Position numbers and translations under genes: made by a program. A stretch of DNA of 64,000 nucleotides. Source: Eledone cirrhosa (Eukaryota). The notes under the pieces are model-generated. The model saw nothing but the letters and a program-made list of their open reading frames with translations. It did not search any database and was not told the DNA's origin. This document shows, piece after piece, positions 25,081 through 38,800 of the stretch; the first letter of the stretch is position 1; each line of letters starts with the position of its first letter. The stretch is taken from positions 24,676,001-24,740,000 of the forward strand of contig OZ024753.1 of NCBI GenBank assembly GCA_964016885.1. Direction: 5' to 3'.

Positions 25081-25339
25081 GAAATTAGATATTTTTACTA
25101 TCATCATCATTTAACATCTAAAGTCTGCTCTTTTGTGGTGGCCTGGTTTGTAACCTTGGAGATCTAAGTTTAAATTCTGCCAAGGCTAATTGCCTCATTG
25201 TGGCCCTCATTTTTAACTGGTACTCCCAATATATACTCCTCATTACAATCTCTTGCAAGGTAGAACTGAAATAACACTGCCCTTTAGTGATGTCAATAAG
25301 TTAACTTCATCTCACATCACTAAAATATTCAATCTATGT

Positions 25340-25630
25340 CACAAAGAAATACACCCACCATAATAAAAAGCGCCCAGTCTACCCAGTAAAGTGGTTGTGT
25401 TGGTGACAAGACAAAAAAGCCCAGTTTATCCTGTAAGGATTTTGGTGCCACGATAAAAGCATCTAGTCCATACTTTAAATGTGTTTGGCATCCAGGCATA
25501 GAAACCAAGCCAGAAGCAGTTCTGTATGAAGAAGACACGGTCAACTGACTTGACTTGTCTCACAACAAGAGGACCACAAGTGTAACCCAAGCTAGTGTGG
25601 AACAATGGACGTTAAACAATGATGATAATG
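25340..25630 (+). mobile_element. Diverged RTE 3' UTR fragment
   Basis: GTAAAGTGGTTGTG...GGCATAGAAACCAAGCC...GGACGTTAAAC (GAT). Confidence 0.65.
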
Positions 25631-26625
25631 ACATTACATCCACAATACATGGCTGCAGCTACAGCACAGCTAAAACCTTCAAACTATTTAAAAATACAAA
25701 TACTAAGCCCTATAACCTCTAATATGTGGATTGGCAGTATCGAGTATGATTGAAGCATAGAGTTACGTCCCTTTATGATCTGAGTTCAAATCCCGCCGAG
25801 GTTAACTTTGCCTTTCACCCTTACGGGGTCGATAAAATAAAGTACCAGTAGTGTACTGGGTAATTGCTGGCCTTGTGCCTAAAATAGAAACAATTATTTC
25901 TGAAAGACTAAGTTTTCCTTTCAATTCTAGAAAGTACTGCAATCTGAACAAATACTATCATACTCGACAGTAGATATGTTATTCATAAGAAATCATTATT
26001 AAGCTGCTGTTTGGAACATAACATAAAAAAGTTTCTTGCATAAAATTGTGATGGATGGGTTTTAGGTAAATGAAAACATTTCAAATAAACTGTTATAGGA
26101 GCAAGGTCAGTTGTTTGGTATGAAATGAGTTAATCTATTACTACTACAATGATTTCAGCTTCTCTATACTTGCATCACCTCTCTCATCATCATTGTAAAG
26201 TGGTTTGTGTTAGGAAAGACATTCAGCCATAGAAAGCTTGCCAAACATAGAGTTAGGAGGACCCTTCAGTTTGTGTCAAAAGAAACAACCACTCTTCTAT
26301 ACTCAATATGACTGTACGTAAGTGAGATACAGACCCCTTGGCCTGTCTGGGAGGTCAGTAGCCCCGCTTCAGTACTGACTTAGTCTATGTATACCTTGCT
26401 ATCCAACCCTTGCTAACAGGGAAAGCAGACATCAAATGATGATGATTATCTTTCTCCAAAATCCTCTTAAAAGTATAAACACCTTTGCCCAATCTAAAAT
26501 TATTTTTTCCTCAAGTTCAGCTCCAGAGATCTCTCTATCATGAATATCTTTTCTTGTAAGAATTTAAACTAAAAATTTAAACTAAAAATTAAGTTGAATC
26601 AATAATTGCTATTCCTCAATTTAAG

Positions 26626-26880
26626 AGGAGGCACATGGCCTAGTGGTAAGGGTGTTGAACTTACAATCACGATGTTAGGGTTCGATTCCTGGACTGGCTT
26701 GTGTTGTGTTCTTGAGCAAAACATTTCATTTCACATTGCTCCAATATACTCAGCTGAAAATGAGTACCCTTAATATCTGGTGGGGTTTAACGTCTGTGAT
26801 GGACTGGCATCCTGTCCGGGTGGGGAGTCTTGTACTCTTAGTCACTTTACACGAGAGTCCGGATTCAAGACAGACTTTAG
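26626..26880 (+). mobile_element. tRNA-derived SINE
   Basis: GGAGGCACATGGCCTAGTGG (A box), GGTTCGATTCC (B box), TTCTTGAGCAAAACATTTCATTTCACATTGCTCC. Confidence 0.75.
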
Positions 26881-27899
26881 ACTTTCAACTTAAGAACAGA
26901 CAGTTTGGCTACATCATTAAAGCAATGCCTTGTGGTATTTCTTCCACCTTTCTGCTCAATGAGTTCCTGCTGTGGTCAACTTTCCCTGTCAGCCTCTCAG
27001 AGACAATAAATGAAGTACTAGTCAAGTATGATGTAGTGATGGAATTGTTAGAGAGCATTGCACAAGATTCCCTGAATGTTTGTTTTAACAAAATACTGTT
27101 TTCATCCTATAAAGCCTTTTGGCTGTTAAAAGAAGGCCATAAGGATAATGCCACAGTAGAAGTAGACCACAAAAGACCTGGGCAGAAGTGGTGATAGCTG
27201 AGATTTACAAAGGAGTTGATGAAGGAACATAAGGAGTAAAGAGATGCTGGTCTGAGAAAGACCCATCCAACCTATACAAGCAAGGAATAACAGACAATGG
27301 TGATGATGATGATGACTATGATGAATGTATCAGAAATGAAGCTAAACAAACAGTTTTCGATAATAGAATATTACTGATAATGGCTTCTAATTTAGGTACA
27401 AGGCCAGCAATTTGAAGGGAGAAGAATTGATGAAATCAACCCCAGTAGATGACTGGTACCATATTTAACAATCCCCAGATGAATGAAATGCTTTGAAGTC
27501 AGAATGTAAACTTCTGTAAGCAAATATCAGTATTTTCAGTTCAAATCCCACTTCTTGTCACTGTAAAAACTGGTGACATCAAAGTATTGGGGGCCCCTAT
27601 CATTAAAACAACCCAAAATAACTTTCTATAAGATGCAACAACAAGGTTTGAAAAGATTTACCTGTTACTCCTACCTATTTATATTAATCAATAACACAAG
27701 AAATGCATTTGTTGTAAATGAAAGTTTACTAAACATCCATCAAAAATTTTCTAAAGACTTTTAAAATAAAATTCACATTTTTTCTTCCTACAACCAGCAG
27801 TGATTAAACTAGATGAGTAAAGTAATTCATCAAATATCTTTAAGACATATTTGTTATGGTAGTTTGAGAGTATATATATAAGTACAATATAGAGGAACA

Positions 27900-29287
27900 G
27901 TGGGAATTACTGAAAGTTAACCTGCTGGAGACAACAGATGAAATCTGTGACTGGAGCAGACCGTTAGGTAGGAGGAGAGTGACATAGGGAACAGTAAGGT
28001 GGCGGAGTCAATCAATGGCAAAATCAGACTTGGAAAGAATGGAAGGATGGAGGTAGTAGAGAGCACTATTAGGTAGCTAAGAGAGAAGCTAGGCAACAAG
28101 TATACTTTGCAAAAAGGGAAGGAGAGGATAGAAAGTTCAAGCATATTCTACAATGCGAGGGCCAAAAATGTGAGGAGTTCAGGATTACAAGACAATGTGA
28201 CAAGGAAAATTGTGATATTGTCAGGGAGAAGTGTGTCCATAATGATGATGGTATACTTGCCCTCACTGCGCTGATAAGAAGGTAGCTTGGAAGTGTCACT
28301 ATGAGAGACTACTAAATGAAGAGAATGAATGGGATAAAGATAGTCTGCCCCAAATTGATCCAACAGAGGGGCCAGCTGTGCAAGTTAATGATAGTGTAGT
28401 AAGTAAGGCAATCAAAGATATGAAGACAGGCAAGGCAGCTGGACCTTCGGAGATAATTGCTGAAATGTTGAAAGTATCTGGAATAGTGGGACATATTATG
28501 GTCACCCGGATAGTAAACCAAGTAATACTGGCATAGCAGCATCATTGTCAGGGAGATGCCTTAGATAAAGGAAACTATAGAGGCATTAAGTTAGTTGACC
28601 AGGTCATGAAACTGACAGAAAGAGTTATTACATAACTGATTAGAGACCAAATTGATTTAGATGAAATGCAGTTTGGATTTGTGCCAGGTAAAAGAACCAC
28701 GGATGCTCTTTTCCTTGTACGGCAACTACAGGAGAAGTACCTAACTAAAAGTAAACCCTCTACTTAGCTTTTGTTGACTTGGAGAAAGCATTTGACAGAG
28801 TTCCCTGCTTCATTATCTGGTGGGCTCTTAGAAAACTAGGATTAGATGAGTGGCTTGTGAGAACTATACAAGCCATGTATAAAGATACAGTCAGCAAGGT
28901 TAGAATTAACAATGAATATAGTGAAGAATTTAGCATAAAAGTAGGTGTTCACAAAGGCTCCGTCCTTAGCCCCCTCCTGTTTATTATTGTCCTACAGGCT
29001 ATAACAGAAGAGTTTAAGACCAGCTGCCCATGGGAACTTCTATATGCAGATGATCTAACTCTCATAGCTGAATCTATGGCAGAACTAGAGTAGAAATTCC
29101 AAACATGGAGGCATGGCCTAGAATCTAAAGGCTTTAAAGTTAACTTGTCTAAGGCTTAAAGTTCTAGTATGTAGAAAGGAGAATAGGACACAGGTGCCTT
29201 CTGGGAAATGGCCATGATCAGTGTGTAGGAAAGGAGTAGGTAGAAATTCCATTCTATGCCCCAAACTATGGGTACATAAAAGATGTA
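27900..29287 (+). mobile_element. Degenerate internal RTE LINE fragment
   Basis: EKAFDRVP, GVHKGSVLSP, YADD; frameshifts and stops. Confidence 0.92.
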
Positions 29288-29547
29288 TGTTTATAAGAAA
29301 TTCTTTATGAAACATTGCAAATAATAAGAGTTACTTGCCTGTTGATGTTTACTTATGTAAATTAAATAGTAATAAATATATAATACATTTATGCATAAAG
29401 CAGTTATATAGATGATTTTATATTCATATATTTAACCATATATAAACATATGTTAAAAATAATAAATTTTTTTATATAACAAATATAAATATATATCAGA
29501 ATTCTGAAATATAACATATACGTATATACGCGAATATTTCCATGTTT

Positions 29548-29940
29548 ATCATCATCATTTTATGACCGCTTTTCCCTGCTTGTAAAGGTGGGACAGGAAC
29601 TGAGTCTGGCTTGATTTCTACAGCTGGTTGCCCTTCCTAACACCAACCTCATTTACAGTGAGTGCTGGGTGCTTTTTTTTTGCTTTTTTTTTTTCGTGGT
29701 GTCAACACGTCCACTTTACAGTGTGGGCTGGGTGCTTTTTTGCCATGGCACATCCACGACCACTTTGCAGTGGAATGATAGGGACCCCAGTCCTATCATC
29801 TCATTTCTACAGCTGAGTAAACTGGAGCAATGTGAAATAAAGTGTCTTGCTCAAGGAAACAACACATCATCCGGTCTGAGAATTGAACTCACAACCTTTC
29901 AATTGCAAGGCCAATGCTCTAACCACTAAGCTATGTGACT
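29548..29940 (-). mobile_element. tRNA-head SINE with RTE tail
   Basis: Same family as 4604-4951, with an extra 47-bp 3' module. Confidence 0.88.
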
Positions 29941-30137
29941 ATATAATTATACATAAATATTTAATAAACTGATACAGCACACTTTAACGGCCGCCCCACA
30001 ACCACTACACACACTATTTTTCAAAATTCTCTAGCGACTAAAGAAACGGTCTTTTATCTGTTCAATATATCCCTGTTAAGGTATATCCTGTGAAATTTTC
30101 AGTTTTGCTCCACATGCCCAATGTAAGCCAAAGTTAA

Positions 30138-31065
30138 TCATCATCATCATCATCATCATCATTTTACGTCCGCTTTTCCCTGCTTGCAAGGGTGGGATGG
30201 GTCCTATTCAGCACAGCATCTCTCCACCTGTCACGGTCCTTCGTCATCTCCACTGTGAGCTTCAGTGATCTGAGGTCTGTTCTCACCACCTCCGCCCATG
30301 TTTTTCGTGGTCTACCTCTACCACGTCTTCCTTCAACTGGCATTTCCTGGCGCTTCTTCACCCATCAGTCATCCTCCATGCGCATCACATGTCCATACCA
30401 CCTCAGTCTCCTCTCTTGCACACTACATTCTATCCCTCTCAGACACAGTTTCTCTCTCAACACATTCATGCTGGGCCATTGACGCACATTGACATTGCAC
30501 ATCCAACATGAGCATGCTTGCTTCATTTCCTCTGCATATCTTCTGCAGTTGCTGCTCATGTCTCACTACCATGCAGCATCGCGCTCCTCACATAGGCATC
30601 ATATAACTGGCCTTTCGTACGCAGGGAGAAACCCTTCTTCGTCAGCAGAGGAAGCAGCTCCCTAAACTTCTTCCAACCCGTCCTTATTCTAGATACTATG
30701 GCCTCGGAACACCCCCTCCCATGCTAATCTGATCTCCTAGGTACCACTTCTATAGCACCCGCCTGCATTTGAAAGATGTGTCTATCAATGCGACTTCTAC
30801 TGTCTGATTTCCCTGTACATCTACTGCATACATATTTCTCCCTACCTGTTAGTTTGCCTGCTATCCCAATACATCTCTTGTGTACCCAGGATCTGCATTG
30901 TGTCCTCTTGCTTCCAACTGCTGTTTCCATAGCCAGAATTTATTCTCAAGCTCCTCTAATGATTCTGCTATAAGAACCAGATTGTCAGCATAGAGAAGTT
31001 CCCATGGACAGCCAGTCTTAAACTCCTCTGTTATGGCTTGGAGGACTATAATGAACAAGAGCAGG
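30138..31065 (-). mobile_element. RTE LINE 3' fragment of a different subfamily
   Basis: FIIVLQAITEEFKTGCPWELLYADN, WVHKRC, RLRWYGHVMRM, GRPRKTWAEVV; ORF runs almost to the (GAT)n tail whose end matches the SINE tail CCCTTGCAAGCAGGGAAAAGCGGACGTAAAA. Confidence 0.9.
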
Positions 31066-31089
31066 CTGGGATGAGGTGATAGGGGCCGA

Positions 31090-31450
31090 CCTTACCCAGT
31101 TGCACCTCTCAAAGACGATGACACACGACCGTGACCTCTGGCGTCACGCAGTAATACAGAGTACCCGACCTCCCATGGGCACAAGCTGAAGCATATAGAC
31201 AATATGCCCCCAACACCCTCCCACTGCAAAGTGGTCGTGGAGGTGCCACGGCAAAAAAGCACCCAGCACTCACTGTAAATGAGGTTGGTGTTAGGAAGGG
31301 CATCCAGCTGTAGAAACCAAGCCAAAATCAGTTCCTGTATGAGCAAGGCATGGTCAGCCGACCAGACACTGCCCACAACAGGACAACCCGTCTAACCCAT
31401 GCTAGCATGGAAGAACGGACGTAAAACGGTGATGATGATGATGATGACGA
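31090..31450 (+). mobile_element. RTE 3' end fragment
   Basis: Matches 63550-63940; (GAT)n tail. Confidence 0.85.
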
Positions 31451-31473
31451 TATACATATATATATATATATAT

Positions 31474-31725
31474 ATAGTTATGTAATAAACAACATAAGGC
31501 AATTATTCCATTTACCAGTGGTTTCTTAAAAGCAAAAAATTTTGCTTTCAATCCTCAGAATGTGAAAAAAAACCTGCTCTGTTTATTGAATTTGGATTTT
31601 AAAATCAAAATTCAATAAACAGACCAGGTTTTTTTTCATTCTGAGGATTGAAAGCAAAATTTTTTGCTTTTAAGAAACCACTGGTAAATTGAATAATTGC
31701 ATTATGCTGTTTATTACATAACTAT
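31474..31725. repeat. Spacerless imperfect palindrome, about 125-bp arms
   Basis: ATAGTTATGTAATAAAC...GATTTT|AAAATC...GTTTATTACATAACTAT centred on 31600/31601. Confidence 0.92.
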
Positions 31726-32214
31726 TAAGCTCTGTTACCTACATAGAGCACTCTTTTTTCCTGGACTTTTCCAACGGAATTACTTCATTTATTTACACAT
31801 ATATATATATATATATATAAAACATACAATAACCCATTTCAAAAGTATAGTTTCTGATACAGCTTATATTCCTTCTTTGTAGATAACACAATGGAAATCA
31901 AACAAAGGTTGCTACACAGTTTATTGTTTCTATTCTGTTTATGTCCTAAATGTACTTTAAAGAGTAGAATACAATGTCTTTAGCTGTATTCTAATATATC
32001 CTATCATATCACCATTATACCAACTATCATAATAGAATTTAATGTCTGTGTATCAACTTGGAGATATTTCTTAGGTATTTCACTTGGTTTTTATTCAGTT
32101 TTATTAACTGAAATGTTACATAGGTAAATGATGATGATAATCCTTATTTCCATATCATATTGGCCAGTTAAGAGAGTTAACATGACTCAACTCTAGCACC
32201 CAGTCCACCCTGTA

Positions 32215-34480
32215 TCATGTTTGGTGTTAGGAAGGACATCCAGCCACAGAAACCATGCTCTCAGGCCATACTTTATTGTGGTTGGTGTTAAAAATGGCAT
32301 CCAGCCACAGAAACCATGCTCTCAGGCCATACTGTAATGTGGTTGGTGTTAAGAAGGGCATCCAGCCACAGAAGCCATGCTCTCAGGCCATACTTTATTG
32401 TGGTTGGTGTTAAAAATAGCATCCAGCCACAGAAACCATGCTCTCAGGCCATGCTGTAATGTGGTTGGTGTTAGGAAAGGCATCCAGCCACAGAAACCAT
32501 GCTCTCAGGCCATGCTGTAATGTGGTTGGTGTTAGGAAGGGCATCCAGCCACAGAAACCATGCTCTCAGGCCATGCTGTAATGTGGTTGGTGTTAGGAAG
32601 GGCATCCAGCCACAGAAACCATGCTCTCAGGCCATACTTTATTGTGGTTGGTGTTAAAAATGGCATCCAGCCACAGAAACCATGCTCTCAGGCCATGCTG
32701 TAATGTGGTTGGTGTTAGGAAGGGCATCCAGCCACAGAAACCATGCTCTCAGGCCATGCTGTAATGTGGTTGGTGTTAGGAAGGGCATCCAGCCACAGAA
32801 ACCATGCTCTCAGGCCATACTTTATTGTGGTTGGTGTTAAAAATGGCATCCAGCCACAGAAACCATGCTCTCAGGCCATGCTGTAATGTGGTTGGTGTTA
32901 GGAAGGGCATCCAGCCACAGAAACCATGCTCTCAGGCCATGCTGTAATGTGGTTGGTGTTAGGAAGGGCATCCAGCCACAGAAACCATGCTCTCAGGCCA
33001 TGCTGTAATGTGGTTGGTGTTAGGAAGGGCATCCAGCCACAGAAACCATGCTCTCAGGCCATGCTGTAATGTGGTTGGTGTTAGGAAGGGCATCCGGCCA
33101 CAGAAACCATGCTCTCAGGCCATGCTGTAATGTGGTTGGTGTTAGGAAGGGCATCCAGCCACAGAAACCATGCTCTCAGGCCATGCTGTAATGTGGTTGG
33201 TGTTAGGAAGGGCATCCAGCCACAGAAACCATGCTCTCAAGCCATGCTGTAATGTGGTTGGTGTTAGGAAGGGCATCCAGCCACAGAAACCATGCTCTCA
33301 GGCCATGCTGTAATGTGGTTGGTGTTAGGAAGGGCATCCAGCCACAGAAACCATGCTCTCAGGCCATGCTGTAATGTGGTTGGTGTTAGGAAGGGCATCC
33401 GGCCACAGAAACCATGCTCTCAGGCCATGCTGTAATGTGGTTGGTGTTAGGAAGGGCATCCGGCCACAGAAACCATGCTCTCAGGCCATGCTGTAATGTG
33501 GTTGGTGTTAGGAAGGGCATCCGGCCACAGAAACCATGCTCTCAGGCCATGCTGTAATGTGGTTGGTGTTAGGAAGGGCATCCGGCCACAGAAACCATGC
33601 TCTCAGGCCATGCTGTAATGTGGTTGGTGTTAGGAAGGGCATCCGGCCACAGAAACCATGCTCTCAGGCCATACTTTATTGTGGTTGGTGTTAAAAATGG
33701 CATCCAGCCACAGAAACCATGCTCTCAGGCCATGCTGTAATGTGGTTGGTGTTAGGAAGGGCATCCAGCCACAGAAACCATGCTCTCAGGCCATGCTGTA
33801 ATGTGGTTGGTGTTAGGAAGGGCATCCGGCCACAGAAACCATGCTCTCAGGCCATGCTGTAATGTGGTTGGTGTTAGGAAGGGCATCCAGCCACAGAAAC
33901 CATGCTCTCAGGCCATGCTGTAATGTGGTTGGTGTTAGGAAGGGCATCCAGCCACAGAAACCATGCTCTCAGGCCATGCTGTAATGTGGTTGGTGTTAGG
34001 AAGGGCATCCAGCCACAGAAACCATGCTCTCAGGCCATGCTGTAATGTGGTTGGTGTTAGGAAGGGCATCCAACCACAGAAACCATGCTCTCAGGCCATG
34101 CTGTAATGTGGTTGGTGTTAGGAAGGGCATCCAGCCACAGAAACCATGCTCTCAGGCCATGCTGTAATGTGGTTGGTGTTAGGAAGGGCATCCAGCCACA
34201 GAAACCATGCTCTCAGGCCATGCTGTAATGTGGTTGGTGTTAGGAAGGGCATCCAGCTACAGAAACCATGCTGTAATGTGGTTGGTGTTAGGAAGGGCAT
34301 CCAGCCACAGAAACCATGCTCTCAGGCCATGCTGTAATGTGGTTGGTGTTAGGAAGGGCATCCAGCTACAGAAACCATGCTGTAATGTGGTTGGTGTTAG
34401 GAAGGGCATCCAGCCACAGAAACCATGCTGTAATGTGGTTGGTGTTAGGAAGGGCATCCAGCCACAGAAACCATGCTCCC
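32215..34480. repeat. 61-bp minisatellite derived from RTE 3' UTR, about 37 copies
   Basis: Unit GCTGTAATGTGGTTGGTGTTAGGAAGGGCATCCAGCCACAGAAACCATGCTCTCAGGCCAT; core matches 8983-9025. Confidence 0.96.
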
Positions 34481-35832
34481 AGGCAACACTGTAGAAACTA
34501 ATCACCCAGTTTACAATTTTGAAGGGACGGAGGAAGGTGATTTAATCGACCCCAGTGCGTTACTGGTGCTTTATTTTAATGACCCCATAAGGATGACAAG
34601 CAAAGCAGGATTTGAACTCAGAATGAAAAGGGTCATAACTATATGTCACAAAGCATTTTGTCCAAGACCCTATCAATACTACCAATCCACCACGCTAATA
34701 ATATTCATGATTTCTATTATAGGCTCAAGGCCAGCAATTTTGGGTATGGGGAAAGTCGACTAAATTCATCCAGTGCATTACTGGTACTTTATTTTATCAA
34801 CCCTGTAAGTATGAAAGGCAAAGCTAACCTCGGCAGGATTTTGAACTCAGAATGTAAAGAGTCGTAACTCTCTGCCATGAAGCAGGGAGTCTGAGACACT
34901 GACATTCTAGTATCTTAAATTGACATGATATAGATGAAACAACTAGATGGCCTTAAATGGTCACTTGACCAGCTAGAAATAGCAGTCAAATCTCCCTCAA
35001 AATTACACCCTACTGTCTTAAAAATTGAAGGTTACATTAGATAATGTATTCCTAGAGATACTGAGCCTGAAAATAGAAAGACTGGCTGGACATAGCTTGA
35101 AGGTTTTTTTAAGAATAAGTCCAATATGGAGCCAACATGGAGACAACATGTTACAACATGTTAACATGATGAGGAGGATGGGAAACAAATTGGGGAGAGA
35201 AAAGGAAGAAGTAGAAAGAATATGAAAAGGAGAAAAAGAAAGAAGGGTGAAGCAATGAAAGAAAGGGAGATGGGGAGTGACAGTCATAATACTCCAGTCT
35301 GAGCAGTGCCTCAACCATGCCCCGCAAACAAAACGGCAAAAGCGTTACCACAGAGAATGACCACTGCAACAGTCGTCACACCTCACAGGGTTTCTTCCTC
35401 AAGTAGACCACCCTATTTCCCAATTCACAGAGGAAATCATCAGTGCAGGGACCAAGGATACCAGAGGTCTCGACAGAGACTGGGGCAAAACAGAAGTGGT
35501 CAGTTAGGCCCCACTACTTCTGTGAAATTTTGATTTATTACAGATCAGTTTGGCATTTAAAGATCTTCAGTTGTACAACTGCCTCTTGAGAGGTTTATGA
35601 AATGTAGTTAATCTTTCCCAAGAGCCTTTTAAAAAATTATTTAGAAGGCATTTCTCTCCAGTATTACTTTCAAAATAGTGTTTTATAATTCTAAGTCAAT
35701 ACATATCACTCTGTGATATATTTGGACACCTAAGAATATAAAGAAAATTATTTAATCATCCAGAATATATTGTGTAAACTCCTGTGGAACAGATTGTTTT
35801 TAAATCAAAGATGGAAGGAAAGAAATATTGGA

Positions 35833-38800
35833 GATCATCATCATCATCATCATCATCGTTTAACGTCCATATTCCACGCTTGCATGGGTCTGGACGGGAG
35901 TTTTCCCACTTGAGGCAAGAGTGGTTATCCTGCTCGCATAGGACTGTCTGGCGGGTTTTCTGCGGCTGGATGCCCTTCCTAACACCAACCACATTTACAG
36001 TGTGGAACTGGGAGGTTTTTACCGTGTTACCTACATGGCCACATTATAGCGTGGACTGTGTGTTTTTTTTGTCCTACACGACCTCATTTGTTTCGGGCTG
36101 GATGTTGTGACACCAACATAACTTTACATTGAAAGGGGTGGTGTGGATGGGGTGTGGGTAGTGGGACGGGGGTGTATTTTGTTAGAGGTGCCTACTGACT
36201 GTAGTAGGTTTCACTTTGTACTTAGGTGAGGCGGGTCTTCTCTATTACTGTGTAGCGCCAAAGGTCTCGGTCCACTGACATTGTCTTGGAGAGGTGTAAG
36301 TGTGTGAGGTCGGAATTTATCAAGTCGTCCCAGGTTTTTCTGGGTCTGCCTACTCCGTGGCTACCGTCTATTTTTATTGCCCTGCACTTTTTTATACAGC
36401 TGTCGTCTTTCATGCGCATCACGTGACCATACCAACGTAGTCTTCTCTCGAGTAAACAACATCTGATCCCTCTTATTTCTAATTTCTCCCTTAGTACGTT
36501 TATGCTTTGCCGTTCACGTATATTACTATTACATATCCAGCGGAGCATGCAAGCTTCATTTCTCTCCAGTCTGCGTATATCCTCTGCACACAATGCCCAG
36601 GTCTCACTGTCATGTAACATTGCTGTTCGTATGCAGGCATCATACAGCCTGCCTTTCATTTTTAGAGAGAACCCTTTTGCGGCCAATAGTGGTATAAGCC
36701 CTCTGAACTTTTTCCATGCCGTTCTGACTCTAGCTACTGTACTTTCAGAGCACCCTTCCCCATTGCTGATTTTATCACCCAGGTAACGGAAGCTGTCCAC
36801 TATTTCTATAGAACCATCTGTGCAATGGAATGAGTTAGTATTCTGTGGGCTCTTGCTGCTACTTATTGTACCAGAGCACCGGTCACATGTAAAATCTATA
36901 TTCTTAGTTAGCTTACCTGTGATTCCACTACATCTTTTATGTACCCATACTTTGCATTTGGGACATAAAATGGAGTTTCTACCTACTCCTTTCCTACACA
37001 CTGAGCATGGCCATTTCCCAGATGGGACCGGTGCCCTATTTTCCTTCCTACAAACTAGAACTTTAGTCTTAGACAAGTTAACTTTAAGGCCTTTTGATTC
37101 TAGGCCATGCTTCCATGTTTGGAATTTCTTCTCTAGTTCAGCCATTGATTCAGCTATGAGCGTTAGATCATCTGCATATAGGAGTTCCCACGGGCAGCCG
37201 GTCTTGAACTCCTCTGTTATAGCCTGAAGGGCAATAAAAAATAGTAGGGGGCTAAGGACGGAGCCCTGATGAACACCAACTTTTACGCTAAATTCTTCAC
37301 TATATTCATTGTTAATTCTAACCTTGCTGACTGTTTCTTTATACATGGCTTGTATAGCTCTCACAAGCCATTCATCAACACCTAGTTTTCTAAGGGCCCA
37401 CCAGATAATCGAGCGGGGTACTCTGTCAAAGGCTTTCTCCAAGTCAACAAAAGCTAAGTATAGGGGTTTACTTTTAGCTAGGTACTTCTCCTGTAGTTGC
37501 CGTACAATGAAAAGAGCGTCTGTTGTACTTTTACCTGACACAAACCCGAACTGCATTTCGTCTAGATCAATTCGCTCTCTGATTAGTTGCGCTATTACTT
37601 TTTCTGTGACCTTCATGACCTGGTCAATTAATTTAATGCCTCTATAGTTTCCCCTATCTAGGGCATCACCTTTACCCTTGTAGCAGTTAATGATGATGAT
37701 GCTGCACCAGTCCTTCGGAACGACCCCATACTGTATGACTTGGTTTACTATCCGGGTGACCATAGTGTGTCCCACCGTTCCAGATGCTTTCAGCATTTCG
37801 GCAACTATTTCCGAAGGCCCGGCCGCCTTGCCCGTCGTCATGTCTTTGATCGCCTTACTTATTATACTACCTTCAACTTGCACTGCTGGTCCCTCTATTG
37901 GGTCGATGTGGGGGAGACTGTCTTTTTCCCAATTATTCTCCTCATTTAGTAGCCTTTTGTAGTGACACTTCCAAGCTACCTTCTTATCAGCGTCAGTGAT
38001 GGCAAGTACACCATCATCATTTAGGACAGACTTCTCCCTGACAATATCACTGTTTTCCTTGACACATTGCCTAGCAATCCTGAACACCTCACGTTTTTTG
38101 TCCTCGCGTTGTAGAACATGCTTGAACTTTCTTTCCTCTACTTCCCTTCTTGCGAAGTACACTTGTCTCCTAGCTTCCCTCCTGGCCACTTGATAGTCTT
38201 CTCTACTTCCCCCATCCCGCCATACTTTCCAAGCCTGCTTTTTGGCCTTGATTGACTCCTCCACCTTACTGTTCCACCACAAAGTTACTCTCCTCCTGCC
38301 TATAGGCCTACTCCAGCCACAGGTTTCATCTGTCGCCTTCAGCAGGTTAGCTTTCAGGAATTCCCACTGTTCCTCTATATTGTACGACTCTAATTGCTCT
38401 TCCTTACTATCAAAAGCATCAAGTAATATGCTTTTAAATTTATTTCTGGCTGTGGGGTCCTTTAATTTCCATATTTTTCTCCTGAGGATAGTCCTCTTCT
38501 GTTGTCGAATATGTCTCGTCCTGACTATGCGGTCGCTAATTATGAGTCTATGTTGAGACGTGCATTCTTCATGGGGGAGGGATTTAGTGTTTACAACAGA
38601 CACTCTGTCACGTCTCCTGGTAAGGATATAATCTACCTGGCTTGTGTGTTCCCCCGATCTATAGGTGATCAAATGATTGTCTCGTTTTTTGAAGTTAGTG
38701 TTACAGATAGTTAGGTTATTTGCGTCACAGAATTCCAGGATTCTGGAGCCTTCCTCATTTCTAGTACCAAACCCATAGCCTCCATGGATTCCATCATAGC

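Noticed and set aside
26706-27194. 162-aa ORF
   Set aside because: Starts in a SINE and ends in RTE-like sequence; no convincing splice sites or motifs
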